64,000 nt of DNA from an uncultured Acidobacteriaceae bacterium (GCA_964242225.1 CAXTAE010000001.1:650169-714168), one strand, 5' to 3'. Counted from the first letter of the stretch, positions 29,584 to 39,651 are shown. A program made the numbers and translations. The notes: a model not told the origin generated them from the sequence alone.

Positions 29584-31137
29584 TTACTGGCCCAGAATCG
29601 CGGTGCCGGCCAGCTCGTGGGAGTGCGCGATGCGCTCCTTCCACTCCGCCGGACCGGTGATGTGGACGCTGGTGCCCTCCGTATCGACGGCCACGGTGAC
29701 GGGCATATCGACGACGTCGAACTCGAAGATGGCCTCCATACCGAGGTCCTCAAAGGCGACCAGCCGAGAGTGTTTGATGGCTTTGGAAACCAGGTACGCC
29801 GCGCCGCCGATGGCGATGAGGTAAACCGCCCGGTTGTCGCGAATGGCATCGATGGCGGCCACGCCGCGCTCGGCCTTACCCACCATGCCGAGCAGGCCGG
29901 TGGACTCAAGCATCTGACGGGTGAACTTGTCCATGCGCGTGGCGGTGGTAGGGCCTGCTGGGCCTACGGCCTCGTCACGCACGGCGTCGACAGGGCCCAC
30001 GTAGTAGATGAGCTTGTCGGTGAAGTCGACGGGGAGCGTCTCACCGCGGGTGAGCATGTCGGTCATCCGCTTGTGCGCGGCATCACGTCCCGTGAGCAGC
30101 TTGCCGTTAAGCAGCAGCACATCGCCCGGTCTCCAGGTAGACACCTCGGCGTGGGTGAGGGTGTCGAGGTTCACGCGTCTGGCTCCGGAGCCCAGCGGAT
30201 CATACGTCAGCTTGGGCCACTGCTCGAGATCGGGCGGATCCAGATAGACAGGGCCGGAGCCGTCGAGCACGAAGTGGGCGTGGCGCGTGGCCGCGCAGTT
30301 CGGAATCATGGCGACGGGCAGGTTGGCCGCGTGGGTGGGCCAATCCAGAATCTTTACATCCAGTACGGTCGTGAGGCCGCCCAGCCCCTGTGCCCCGATG
30401 CCGAGCGCGTTGATGCCGTCATGGATTTCGATCCGCATCTTTTCGATGTTTGTCCGCGGGCCGCGCGCCTTCAGCTCCGCCATGTCGATGGGGTCCATGA
30501 GGGATTGCTTGGCGAGCAGCATGGCCTTTTCCGCTGTACCGCCGATGCCGATACCGAGCATCCCCGGTGGACACCATCCCGCGCCCATGGTGGGAAGGGT
30601 CTTGAGCACCCAATCGACTACGGAGTCGGACGGGTTCAGCATGACGAACTTGGCCTTTGCCTCGGAGCCACCACCCTTGGCTGCTACCGTAACGTCGATG
30701 TTGCTTCCGGGCACAAGGGACACCTCGACGACGCAGGGCGTGTTGTCTTTCGTGTTCTTGCGGGCGAAGGCAGGGTCGGCGAGGATGCTGCCGCGTAGTT
30801 TGTTGTCAGGGTCCAGCCATGCTTCACGCACGCCTTGGTCGCAAAGTCCTTGCAGGCTCATCGTGGCTGGCGACGTGCCCTTGACGATGTGGCACTCCAT
30901 GCCGAGCTTGAGGAACACGGTAACAATCCCGGTGTCCTGGCAGATGGGGCGGTGACCCTCCGCGCACATGCGGGAGTTTACGAGAATCTGTTTGATCGCG
31001 TCCTTTGCAGCCAGCGACTGCTCCAGATCGTAGGCCCGGGCGAGATTAGTGATGTAGTCGACCGGATGGTAGAAGCTGATGTACTGGAGAGCGGCGCGAA
31101 GGCTCTCAATCAGATCGTCTTGCTGAATGTTGACCAT
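29584..31137 (-). CDS. fumA: Class I Fe-S fumarate hydratase
   Basis: RPICQDTG, KGGGSE, WCPP, GRDAAHKR and GPTTATRMD motifs; ATG 31137. Confidence 0.9.
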   Translation of the reverse strand: MVNIQQDDLIESLRAALQYISFYHPVDYITNLARAYDLEQSLAAKDAIKQILVNSRMCAEGHRPICQDTGIVTVFLKLGMECHIVKGTSPATMSLQGLCDQGVREAWLDPDNKLRGSILADPAFARKNTKDNTPCVVEVSLVPGSNIDVTVAAKGGGSEAKAKFVMLNPSDSVVDWVLKTLPTMGAGWCPPGMLGIGIGGTAEKAMLLAKQSLMDPIDMAELKARGPRTNIEKMRIEIHDGINALGIGAQGLGGLTTVLDVKILDWPTHAANLPVAMIPNCAATRHAHFVLDGSGPVYLDPPDLEQWPKLTYDPLGSGARRVNLDTLTHAEVSTWRPGDVLLLNGKLLTGRDAAHKRMTDMLTRGETLPVDFTDKLIYYVGPVDAVRDEAVGPAGPTTATRMDKFTRQMLESTGLLGMVGKAERGVAAIDAIRDNRAVYLIAIGGAAYLVSKAIKHSRLVAFEDLGMEAIFEFDVVDMPVTVAVDTEGTSVHITGPAEWKERIAHSHELAGTAILGQ

Positions 31138-31349
31138 AGGGCGGCACAGCCTGAAGCCCAGTTTACAGCGGACAGACACAGGCTACGAAGGGTTGTGCTG
31201 CCCGGTGCCGGGCGGTCCCTGCCCAGCGGTTACAGCACTTGCATTGAAGTTTTGTCCGAATCTGCCGATAAGACGAATAGGGAGATGGCGAGAGGCGACA
31301 GAGTCTCCGAAGGGAACCTGCCGCACGGCGGTCCATCCTGCATCTACGT

Positions 31350-32324
31350 GTGTGTAGAGGTCTTGCGGTGGCTCAGAGCAGCACGATTGTGGACATTTCG
31401 GGGCTTCGCAAGGTGTACGGCGGCAAGCAGTCCGTGACCGCCGTGGATGGTATCGACCTTCAGGTAGCCGCTGGAGAGCTGTATGGTCTGCTCGGGCCGA
31501 ATGGGGCAGGCAAGACTACGACCATCTCCATCGCAACCACGCGCGCGGTCCCTACAGCGGGAACTGTACGCATCGCGGGCGTGGACGTGGTGAAGAGCCC
31601 GGCGGCAGCACGGCAATACATAGGCGTTGTGCCGCAGTACAACACTCTGGATCGGGCCTGTACGGTTGCGGAAAACATCGAGTTTCATTGTGTGTACTTC
31701 GGCATGAGCCGGGCGGAGGGGCGGGCGAGAACGGCCGAACTGCTCGAGCAGTTCCGCCTGACGGACCGCGCCAAATCGTACCCGCAGCAGCTGAGCGGCG
31801 GCCTGGCGCAGCGCGTGCAGATCGCCCGCGCGATCTCGCACCGGCCAAAGGTGCTGTTCCTTGACGAGCCCAGCGCCGGGCTCGATCCGCAGAGCCGCAT
31901 TGCCATGTGGGACGCGGTGCGTGGGCTGCGCGAGCAGGGCATCACGGTGGTACTCACCACGCATTACATGGAGGAGGCCGACGAATTGTGCGATCGGCTG
32001 GCCATCATCGATGGTGGGCGCATCTTGGTGCAGGACACGCCGGCGGCTCTCAAGGCCAGCGTCGGCGGAGAGAAGATCTACGATCTGCAGCTGCGCCATC
32101 CCTCCTGCCGCGAAGCGCTTCGAGCGCGGCTGCTTCCGCTGCCCGGCGTTACCGGCGTGGAGGACATGGACGGCGGGTTGCGGGTGCTCGCGCGAGCGCA
32201 GGATGGTTTGCTCGCCCAGGCTGTAACGCTTGCCAATGAGTATGGTCTGCGCAATGTCACCACGGCTGAGCCCAGCCTGGAAACCGTGTTTATCCGCCTG
32301 ACCGGGAGGGATCTACGTGAGTAG
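31350..32324 (+). CDS. ABC-2 type exporter ATP-binding subunit
   Basis: Walker A GPNGAGKTT, LSGG, LFLDEP and H-loop LTTHYMEEA. Confidence 0.92.
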   Translation: MCRGLAVAQSSTIVDISGLRKVYGGKQSVTAVDGIDLQVAAGELYGLLGPNGAGKTTTISIATTRAVPTAGTVRIAGVDVVKSPAAARQYIGVVPQYNTLDRACTVAENIEFHCVYFGMSRAEGRARTAELLEQFRLTDRAKSYPQQLSGGLAQRVQIARAISHRPKVLFLDEPSAGLDPQSRIAMWDAVRGLREQGITVVLTTHYMEEADELCDRLAIIDGGRILVQDTPAALKASVGGEKIYDLQLRHPSCREALRARLLPLPGVTGVEDMDGGLRVLARAQDGLLAQAVTLANEYGLRNVTTAEPSLETVFIRLTGRDLRE

Positions 32325-33162
32325 CCCACATGCGATGCCGCGCCCCAGTTACCTGCGCGCCTTCGGCGGGCTGCTGCTGCGCGATGCCTATGTGCTGCGG
32401 CGGGAGTTCGCACCGTTCATCGTGCGGGTGATCATGAACCCGCTGCTCTTCCTTTTCGTATTTACCTACGTGATGCCGCACATGACGGGCGGAGCCGCAG
32501 CGGCGAGCCCGGCGGCACAGATGACGGGGATGCGCGGTGGCGGCGGTTTCGGCACCGTATTGCTGCCCGGTTTGATGGCCGTTGCCATCATGTTTTCGGG
32601 CATCGCCGCTGTGGCTCTGCCGCTGGCTCAGGAGTTCGGCATTACGCGCGAGATCGATGACCGCGTCATGTCGCCCCTGCCGATTGAGGGTGTCGCGCTC
32701 GAAAAGATTGTCTTCTCGGCGATGCAAAGCATCGTGGCCGCGGCTATCGTGTTTCCCTTGGCTTACTACATCCCTGCAACGCCCGTGCAGGCGCACGTTT
32801 CCAGCTGGTTCTTGCTGGTTTCCGTGCTGGTACTGGGCAGTCTTGTCTCCGGAGCCCTCGGCTTGGTGATCGGGACCGCCGTACAGCCGAAACAGATCGG
32901 TCTGATCTTCGGCGTGGTCGTCATTCCCATCACGTTTTTGGGGTGTGTGTATTACCCTTGGGCGGCGCTGGGCGCAATTCGGTGGATGCAGATCGGCGTT
33001 CTGGTCAACCCCATCGTGTACATCAGCGAAGGCCTGCGCGCATCGCTGACCCCGGCCATGGGACACATGCCCAACCTAATGATCGTGGGAATGCTTCTGT
33101 TCTTTTGGGTGTTGCTGACCTGGCTGGGGATGCGTGGCTTTCGCCGCAGAGTCGTGAGTTAG
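32317..33162 (+). CDS. ABC-2 type exporter permease
   Basis: Six TM helices; overlaps the ATPase stop by 8 nt; NPIVYISEGLR motif. Confidence 0.88.
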   Translation: MSSPHAMPRPSYLRAFGGLLLRDAYVLRREFAPFIVRVIMNPLLFLFVFTYVMPHMTGGAAAASPAAQMTGMRGGGGFGTVLLPGLMAVAIMFSGIAAVALPLAQEFGITREIDDRVMSPLPIEGVALEKIVFSAMQSIVAAAIVFPLAYYIPATPVQAHVSSWFLLVSVLVLGSLVSGALGLVIGTAVQPKQIGLIFGVVVIPITFLGCVYYPWAALGAIRWMQIGVLVNPIVYISEGLRASLTPAMGHMPNLMIVGMLLFFWVLLTWLGMRGFRRRVVS

Positions 33163-33176
33163 AACCAACCGTGAAG

Positions 33177-34217
33177 CTACTCGGCAGCAACGGTGTACGC
33201 CGGGGCGGTGAGTTCTTCCCGGGCCCCTCTTCCCAGCTTTTCGGCGAGGTCTCTGGCGATCACCGCGCCGTGAAAACGTCCGTTTTCGATGAAGACCTCA
33301 TTGGTGCGCTCGCCCGCAACGACCACACCTGCAACGTACAGGCCGGGCACGTTGGATTCGAGCGTGTCCGGCTTGAAGATAGGGCAACGGGCATTATCGG
33401 GATCCAGGTGCACGCCGAGCGATTCGATAAAAGCAAAATCGGGGTGGTATCCCGTCAGCGCGAACACAAAGTGATTTCGGAGCGTCTTCTCCCCTTGTGG
33501 TGTGGAGAGCGTCACGGTGTCCTCGGTGATGTTGGTCACCGTGGATTCAAAGTACGCCGTCACTTCGTCGTTCTTGATGCGATTTTCAATGTCCGGCTTG
33601 ATCCAGTACTTAATGTGCCGGTGCAACTCCGAACCACGATGTACGAGCGTGACACGTGCGCCGTGGCGATAAAGATCGAGCGCGGCGATGGCGGCTGAGT
33701 TCTTGCCACCGATGATCAGCACGTCCTGAGCGAAGAACGGGTGCGGCTCGTTGTAGTAGTGGGCGACCTTCGGCAGATCCTCGCCAGGAATGCCGAGGTA
33801 GTTCGGCAGGTCGTAGTAGCCCGTGGAGACGATGATCTTGCGGGTGTGATGAATATGTTCCCGCTCAAAACGGTCCATCGTGTGCACGCGGAAGTCGCCG
33901 TCCTCGCCTAGCACCTTGTCCACGCGCTCGTACTGGCGCACGTCAAGCTGGTAGTGCGCTGCAACCTTGCGGTAGTACTCCAGCGCCTCGGCCCGGGTGG
34001 GCTTCTGGTTGGGCGAGGAGAACGGCATGTTGCCGATCTCCAGAAGCTCAGGCGTGGTGAAAAAGGTCATGTGTGCCGGGTAGTGGAAGAGCGAGTTCGT
34101 CAGGCAGCCCTTGTCGACTACCAAAACGTCAAGGTCTTCGTTCTGCGCGTCGATGGCGCAGGCGAGCCCAGTGGGACCGGCGCCGATCACGAGGACATCA
34201 TGCAGGATTTCGCTCAT
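33177..34217 (-). CDS. ypdA: YpdA-family FAD-dependent disulfide reductase (putative bacillithiol disulfide reductase)
   Basis: VIGAGPTGLACA, YPAHMTFFTT, GGKNSA, YWIKPDIENRI and FIENGRFH motifs; ATG 34217. Confidence 0.85.
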   Translation of the reverse strand: MSEILHDVLVIGAGPTGLACAIDAQNEDLDVLVVDKGCLTNSLFHYPAHMTFFTTPELLEIGNMPFSSPNQKPTRAEALEYYRKVAAHYQLDVRQYERVDKVLGEDGDFRVHTMDRFEREHIHHTRKIIVSTGYYDLPNYLGIPGEDLPKVAHYYNEPHPFFAQDVLIIGGKNSAAIAALDLYRHGARVTLVHRGSELHRHIKYWIKPDIENRIKNDEVTAYFESTVTNITEDTVTLSTPQGEKTLRNHFVFALTGYHPDFAFIESLGVHLDPDNARCPIFKPDTLESNVPGLYVAGVVVAGERTNEVFIENGRFHGAVIARDLAEKLGRGAREELTAPAYTVAAE

Positions 34218-34299
34218 AACATCTGTATGGATGAGAAAAGGGACCGCAGCGATGCGATCCCTTTTCTTAACTTCGGAAAACGTGCGGAGAGGAGGTGGG

Positions 34300-35028
34300 C
34301 TACGCGTCGATGTCGACCAGCTTGTGACTAATAGCAAACAGAGCCAGTTCCAGCCGAGTGGAGACCCCGGTTTTATCGAAGATGTTCGATAGATGGCGCT
34401 TCACCGTCTCTTCGGAGATGGTGAACTGCTTGGCGATGTCCTTGTTGGAGCAGCCTTCGACAATGCAGGTCACCACTTCGAGCTCGCGCGGGGTAAGGCC
34501 GTAGGTCTTGCGCTCTGGAACCGAGGCTGCCTTCTGCATCAACTCATGAAGAGCTGTCAGCAGGTTGACAACGCGCTTGCCGCCGATCCAGTAGTCGCCA
34601 TTGAGCACGGCGCGGAGCGCTTCGCCGAGGTCGCCGGCAACGGAATCCTTCAGGATGATGCCGCGGGCGCCAATCTGCAGAGCCTCGATGATCTGCTGCG
34701 TGGAGATCGTCGAGGTCAGCAGCAAAATCTTGACCCGGGGAGACCGGCTCATGATGGCGCGCATCGCCTCCAGGCCCGGGAGCTTGGGCATGGCCAAATC
34801 CAGCAGAAGAATATCCGGTTCCAGTTCAAGGGTCTCGGTAACGGCCTGGTCGCCGTCCTCCGCCTCCCCGACAACATCGAAAGCCTCATCGGCCATCAGC
34901 ATGTTCTTGACACCGAAGCGAACGACCGGGTGGTCGTCGGCGACGACGATGCGGATAGCCCCAATGCGGTTCATAGAGGGTGGCATACCGGGGGAGTACG
35001 AGGCGGGTTTCCGTGGGGCGGCGATCAT
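34300..35028 (-). CDS. NarL/FixJ-family response regulator (REC + LuxR HTH)
   Basis: IVVADDHPVVR, LLLDLAMP and LTPRELEV...NKDIA...SEETVKRHLSNIFDK motifs. Start could be 34974. Confidence 0.92.
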   Translation of the reverse strand: MIAAPRKPASYSPGMPPSMNRIGAIRIVVADDHPVVRFGVKNMLMADEAFDVVGEAEDGDQAVTETLELEPDILLLDLAMPKLPGLEAMRAIMSRSPRVKILLLTSTISTQQIIEALQIGARGIILKDSVAGDLGEALRAVLNGDYWIGGKRVVNLLTALHELMQKAASVPERKTYGLTPRELEVVTCIVEGCSNKDIAKQFTISEETVKRHLSNIFDKTGVSTRLELALFAISHKLVDIDA

Positions 35029-35079
35029 GGTTGGGCTCTCCTGACGGAAGTAAGGTTACTCGGAGTTAGGTAACTTTGG

Positions 35080-35880
35080 TTACCACTTTGGTTGTAACTT
35101 TGCGTCCAGCATACGACGTAGACGATCGCAGGCGGCGGGGATTTCAACCAGTGCGGGTGTGTTGATCGTGGTTCCTCCCTCTACGGCAGCGGCGAGGCTG
35201 CCCAGCTCGCGGGCACCCACCATGCCGCAGCCCCCTTTCACAGCATGGGCTTCGCGCTGCACCGCTTCCAGCTCCCCTTCGGCGGCGTAGGCCAGCATGC
35301 GCCCGTGCCGTGCGCGCACATCGTCGAGCGTGAGGGCATACAACTCAAGCATCTGAGCCGGTTTGAAGCTGTTCAGCAAGGCGCCGAAGATGACTTCGTC
35401 GAGTACGGGGGGCTCAAACTGTATCTCCGCTGATTCCTGGGCTGCAATTGACGAGTTGTTCTCTTGCTCAGCTTGACTGACAACGGTCGGGCTCCACAGG
35501 GCGCCGCGTGACTCGGCGGCTGCGGCGAGCGCCTCTGCAAGCTGCGCATAAGAGAAGGGTTTGGCGAGAAAACCGTTAAGGGGAAGGAGCACGGCCGCTG
35601 TGGGTTGCCGACCGCTCATGCCCAAAATCAGGGTCTCGGGCCGCGCGGCGCCTCGCAATGCCGTGGTCAGGGCTTCCCCCTCAAGACCTGGCATTTGCAA
35701 GTCGGTGAGCACCAACGCGGGGGCCTCTGGACGGCGAAGCACCGCGAGGCCTTCCTCCCCGGAATGCGCCAACTCCACCGCGTAGTCCTGCGCGGCGAGC
35801 AGACTGCCCAGAAGTTCACGCATTACCTCGTCGTCGTCGATCACCAGGATGCGCGGATTGGCAGCACTGTCTGTATTCAT
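35080..35880 (-). CDS. Response regulator receiver fused to an Hpt domain
   Basis: ILVIDDD, LVLTDLQMP and AKPF, then REAHAVKGGCGMVGA (Hpt His motif); ATG 35880 after gaagga RBS. Confidence 0.85.
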   Translation of the reverse strand: MNTDSAANPRILVIDDDEVMRELLGSLLAAQDYAVELAHSGEEGLAVLRRPEAPALVLTDLQMPGLEGEALTTALRGAARPETLILGMSGRQPTAAVLLPLNGFLAKPFSYAQLAEALAAAAESRGALWSPTVVSQAEQENNSSIAAQESAEIQFEPPVLDEVIFGALLNSFKPAQMLELYALTLDDVRARHGRMLAYAAEGELEAVQREAHAVKGGCGMVGARELGSLAAAVEGGTTINTPALVEIPAACDRLRRMLDAKLQPKW

Positions 35881-36136
35881 TGGCGTTCCTTCCCGTTGCA
35901 TGCAGGTTACGCGAAGCCGGCGCTGCATTTCCTCTGCGCGCATCGCGGCGGTCGGGCTCCGTTCCTCCTTTGCCCGTCCGGGACACTGCGTTTTGGGGTA
36001 CGCTGCAAGCGGAAGGGGGCAGACGTCGGGGAGTTTGCGCCCGGTATCGTGCCCAGCGAGCGGCCCAGGTGTCTCAAGAGAAATCAATGCAAACGGGAGT
36101 GCCGCTCCCTTGAGGGTCTCCGAATTTCTCGCGGCT

Positions 36137-37474
36137 ATGCTGCTCTGGCAAAGCGCGCTGCTGGTGAATATCGGGGCAGCGGCTGCGCCGGAGCACCTTC
36201 GCTTCGAGCGCGCTCTGCTGCTGCCCGCCGGGGCGCAGGGCGCGGTGTGCGCGACGCTGAATGCCGAGGTGCTGGCCCACACGGCGTCGGCCGCTCACAA
36301 CGATCTCCGGATCTATCGCGATTTCCCGGGGTCGCGTGCACAGGCGGAGACGCCGTACCGGCTCACGGAGAGCGGCCCCGAGCCGGTGCGCGACGCGCAG
36401 GCAATCGTCAGGGGTGTCACACGCAGCGGGGGCGCTCTGCACTTTGATCTGACGATGCCGACACGGGCGTACTCGGAAGTGGATCTGCAGCTTCGGGTGC
36501 ACGATTTTGTCGGAACCGTGGTGGTGGCGGCCGACGAACCACGCGGCGCACGGCGCAACCTGGGTACGTTTGCCATCTTCGACCTCACGCAAAAGGGACT
36601 GGGCCGATGGACGGTGCTGCCGATGGCGGAAAGCTCTGCGGGTGTGTTGCACCTTACGCTCAGCCTGCGCACGCCGGAGGGACGGCCCGTGACCGCACTG
36701 CCTGTCGCCCTGATCGCGGGGGCGGCTGTGCCACCCAGCCGGGAACGACAGACGGCCTACACGGCGGTGACCTCCGCGCCCGTGTCCTCTGTTGGAGATC
36801 GCAGCGTTGCGGTACTGGCTGTGCCTGCGCATGTGCCGGTGGAACGAATCTCGTTTCGCCTCCCGGCAGGGTTCGACAGCAACTACCTCCGGGAGGTCCT
36901 TGTACGGGCAAGGACGGAGGGCGATCCCGCTGCAGAGGCCGAGATGATGGACGCCGGCGCGATCCAGCATGTGCGCTGGGCGCCGGGTGATCCGCGGCTG
37001 AATCCCATCGATGTCACAAACGACAGCTTGGACGCCACGACCGGGGCAACGCTGGCAGGGCCGGCCACGGTGCGGGTAACCCTGGTAAATGGACGGCTGC
37101 CGCCGCTGCCCGTAGAGCAGGTCACGCTGGAGATGCGGGAGCGCAAGGTGTGCTTTCTGACCGTAGCCGGGGCACAGTACACGCTGCGCTATGGAGATCC
37201 GGCGCTGGCCGCCCCGGTATACGACCCGGCTTCATCCTCGGCGGAGGATGGGAATCCCCCACAGCGCTCACCTCTTGAAGGGCAGATGGGATCAAGGGAG
37301 GCGCAGCTGGGGCCAGAACGCCGCAATCCCGGCTGGCGGCCGCGCGAGGACGGCCGGTCCTATCTGGACAGGCACCCGGAGGTGTTCTGGCTGGCGGTGC
37401 TGGCGTGTGCGGGCATGATGGGTGGTACGGCTCTGCACTTTGTGCAACATCGGAGTGGGGGAGGGCGCGGTTGA
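36137..37474 (+). CDS. DUF3999-like exported protein with C-terminal membrane anchor
   Basis: DLRIY...ETPY, LRYGDPALAAPVYD and C-terminal HPEVFWLAVLACAGMMGGTAL TM helix. Start is uncertain (ORF open from 35849). Confidence 0.6.
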   Translation: MLLWQSALLVNIGAAAAPEHLRFERALLLPAGAQGAVCATLNAEVLAHTASAAHNDLRIYRDFPGSRAQAETPYRLTESGPEPVRDAQAIVRGVTRSGGALHFDLTMPTRAYSEVDLQLRVHDFVGTVVVAADEPRGARRNLGTFAIFDLTQKGLGRWTVLPMAESSAGVLHLTLSLRTPEGRPVTALPVALIAGAAVPPSRERQTAYTAVTSAPVSSVGDRSVAVLAVPAHVPVERISFRLPAGFDSNYLREVLVRARTEGDPAAEAEMMDAGAIQHVRWAPGDPRLNPIDVTNDSLDATTGATLAGPATVRVTLVNGRLPPLPVEQVTLEMRERKVCFLTVAGAQYTLRYGDPALAAPVYDPASSSAEDGNPPQRSPLEGQMGSREAQLGPERRNPGWRPREDGRSYLDRHPEVFWLAVLACAGMMGGTALHFVQHRSGGGRG

Positions 37475-38343
37475 GGGTGAGCGTGAGCGTGGCGAAGCGC
37501 CGTGATAGGAGGCATCGAGGTGTACTCAATCCCACGACGCGTCATCTCGTTGCCCTTCTAGGGTGGGCCCTGCTGATTGTGGGCGTCGCCTGCGCGCAAG
37601 GGAGCGTGGCAAGGACGGAAGACCTGGACCGCTTGCCAGGCGCGGCGGCCCCGCTGCGACAGGGAAGGGTGTTGCTGCAGAACCGGCGGTTCGCCCAGGC
37701 CAAACAGTTCTTCCGCGGCTATCTCGCCAGCCACGCCACCGACCCGCAGGCGGCGCTGGGCCTGGGTGATGCCGAGCTCGGCCTGCACCAATATGCGGTC
37801 GCGGAGCAGACCTACCGGACGCTGCTGCTTCGCGAGCCAGAGCTGTGGCAAGCACACAAGAACCTGGTAGTCGTTGAGGCGGCGCTGGGCCGGTGGGAGG
37901 ACTTCGACGGCGAACGGAAGATCCTGCGGCTCGCGCGGGAGCGGGGCGCGGCTGGCCTGAACTCGCATGAAAGTGACGTCATCGACAGCTTCGCAGCCAA
38001 CGGAGAGCGTTGGGTGGTTCGGGCCTACTTTGAGCCGGTTGGACGATCGCGAGCGCTATACAACTTCGAACACTTCGGCAAAGACGGCAGGATCGCCGGT
38101 TACCTCTCGCTCGAAGATGCCCGCCTGGCAGTCGCGGCGTTGACCCCAGGCGATGTTCATATCGGCGGAGGAGCCATTCCGCAGAGCAATGCGGCGACCT
38201 CATTGGCCTTGAACTGGTACACGGGCTCAGCGCACGGGACCATCCGGGAGTATGACGGCGAGCCGCTATACGAGGCCTTGCGGGCCGAGGTGCTGCGCTG
38301 GCTGCGCAGTCGGTCTACCGCTGCGATCGAGCGGGCGCGTTAG
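37405..38343 (+). CDS. Exported TPR-repeat protein
   Basis: Signal-like LVALLGWALLIVGVACA; TPR-like AALGLGDAELGLHQY. True start is probably downstream of 37405. Confidence 0.65.
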   Translation: MCGHDGWYGSALCATSEWGRARLRVSVSVAKRRDRRHRGVLNPTTRHLVALLGWALLIVGVACAQGSVARTEDLDRLPGAAAPLRQGRVLLQNRRFAQAKQFFRGYLASHATDPQAALGLGDAELGLHQYAVAEQTYRTLLLREPELWQAHKNLVVVEAALGRWEDFDGERKILRLARERGAAGLNSHESDVIDSFAANGERWVVRAYFEPVGRSRALYNFEHFGKDGRIAGYLSLEDARLAVAALTPGDVHIGGGAIPQSNAATSLALNWYTGSAHGTIREYDGEPLYEALRAEVLRWLRSRSTAAIERAR

Positions 38344-38763
38344 CCTCCACGTCGGCGTAGGGTGGGCGTGGTGCGGGGGTAAGCGACCCGCTGTTGCCAG
38401 CGTTCAAAGCAGCCCATTGACTTGAGAGATTTACGCTGGTAGCGTTCGCTTCGGGTGAAGAGTCCGCATCTGACTGAGTAGAAGAAAAACTTCGCACGCG
38501 GCTCCCGCATCAACCTTGTTGTTTTGTCTCTTTTGCTGCGTCCTTCTGCCCGCCACCCTCCAAAACCGAATCCAGGCGCCCTCGAGTCGTGAACTTGGGG
38601 GCAGACCCCACGATCGCTCATCCCCGCGCGTTCGCCCACGACCCCGCGTCGTTACGGCGCTGCGTTCCGGAGCTTGGGCCGCAATACTTTCTCTCCCTCG
38701 CGCCATCGTCTCTTGACGCGCGATTTGAATTGTCAGACAGCCATGAAGGATAAGGAAAACCGT

Positions 38764-39651
38764 ATGAACGAGCAAAAGAGCACAAAGGTAGATCGTCGCA
38801 ATTTTCTCAAAACGACCGGTTACGCCGGGCTGGGCCTCGCAGGCGCGGCGATGGTAGCCACGGAACTGGGTGGATTGGATCATGTGGGCGCTGCACGCAA
38901 ACTGGGCCTGGGATCGACTCCCGTGGAGGCTGCGGGCCTTTCCGCGACGGACATCGAGGTGCTGCAGTTCGCGCTGAATCTCGAATACCTGGAAGCTGAG
39001 TTTTATTCCTACGCCGTCACCGGCAAGTCGCTGCTCGACAATGGCATTCCGATCGACGGCGCGATTGGGACACCCGGACCAACTACCGGCGGTGCCAAGG
39101 TCCCGTTCGAACGCCTAAACGGGGTGGGTCCGCTGAAGAAAGTCGCGGAGCAGCTGATGCGGGATGAGGTGGATCACGTTCTGCTGCTGCGCTCGGCGCT
39201 CGGTGCGAACACGATTGCCAAGCCTGCCATCAAGTTGGACGCTCTTGGAGCCATGAATTCGCTGCCGGGCTTTCTCACGCTGGCGCGCGACTTTGAGGTG
39301 ACGGGTGTTTCGGCTTACGGTGGTGCAGTTACGCTGCTTACCAAATCGATTCTGCAGACAGCGGCGCAGATTGCCCTCACCGAGGCGCTGCACTCCGGCA
39401 ACCTGCAGCTACTGGTAGACCTGAACAAAATCCCGATCAACCCGCTTGATGCGTTAGACGTAGTGCCGCCGCCGACCGGCGTCAACTACTTCGATAACAG
39501 CTTTAACACCGCGCTCGCCGTCATCCGCACCACCAGCCAGGTGTTGGCGATTGTGTATGGCAGCAGCGCTCCCGGCACGAACAAGGGTGGCTTCTTCCCG
39601 GCCGGGGTCAACGGTCCCATCAATACGATCGCAACGACCGACAACAGCTAA
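38764..39651 (+). CDS. Tat-exported ferritin-like (Ferritin_2) protein
   Basis: VDRRNFLK Tat motif; LQFALNLEYLEAEFY, DEVDH, FEVTGVSAY and EALH di-metal ligands; aagga RBS. Confidence 0.85.
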   Translation: MNEQKSTKVDRRNFLKTTGYAGLGLAGAAMVATELGGLDHVGAARKLGLGSTPVEAAGLSATDIEVLQFALNLEYLEAEFYSYAVTGKSLLDNGIPIDGAIGTPGPTTGGAKVPFERLNGVGPLKKVAEQLMRDEVDHVLLLRSALGANTIAKPAIKLDALGAMNSLPGFLTLARDFEVTGVSAYGGAVTLLTKSILQTAAQIALTEALHSGNLQLLVDLNKIPINPLDALDVVPPPTGVNYFDNSFNTALAVIRTTSQVLAIVYGSSAPGTNKGGFFPAGVNGPINTIATTDNS

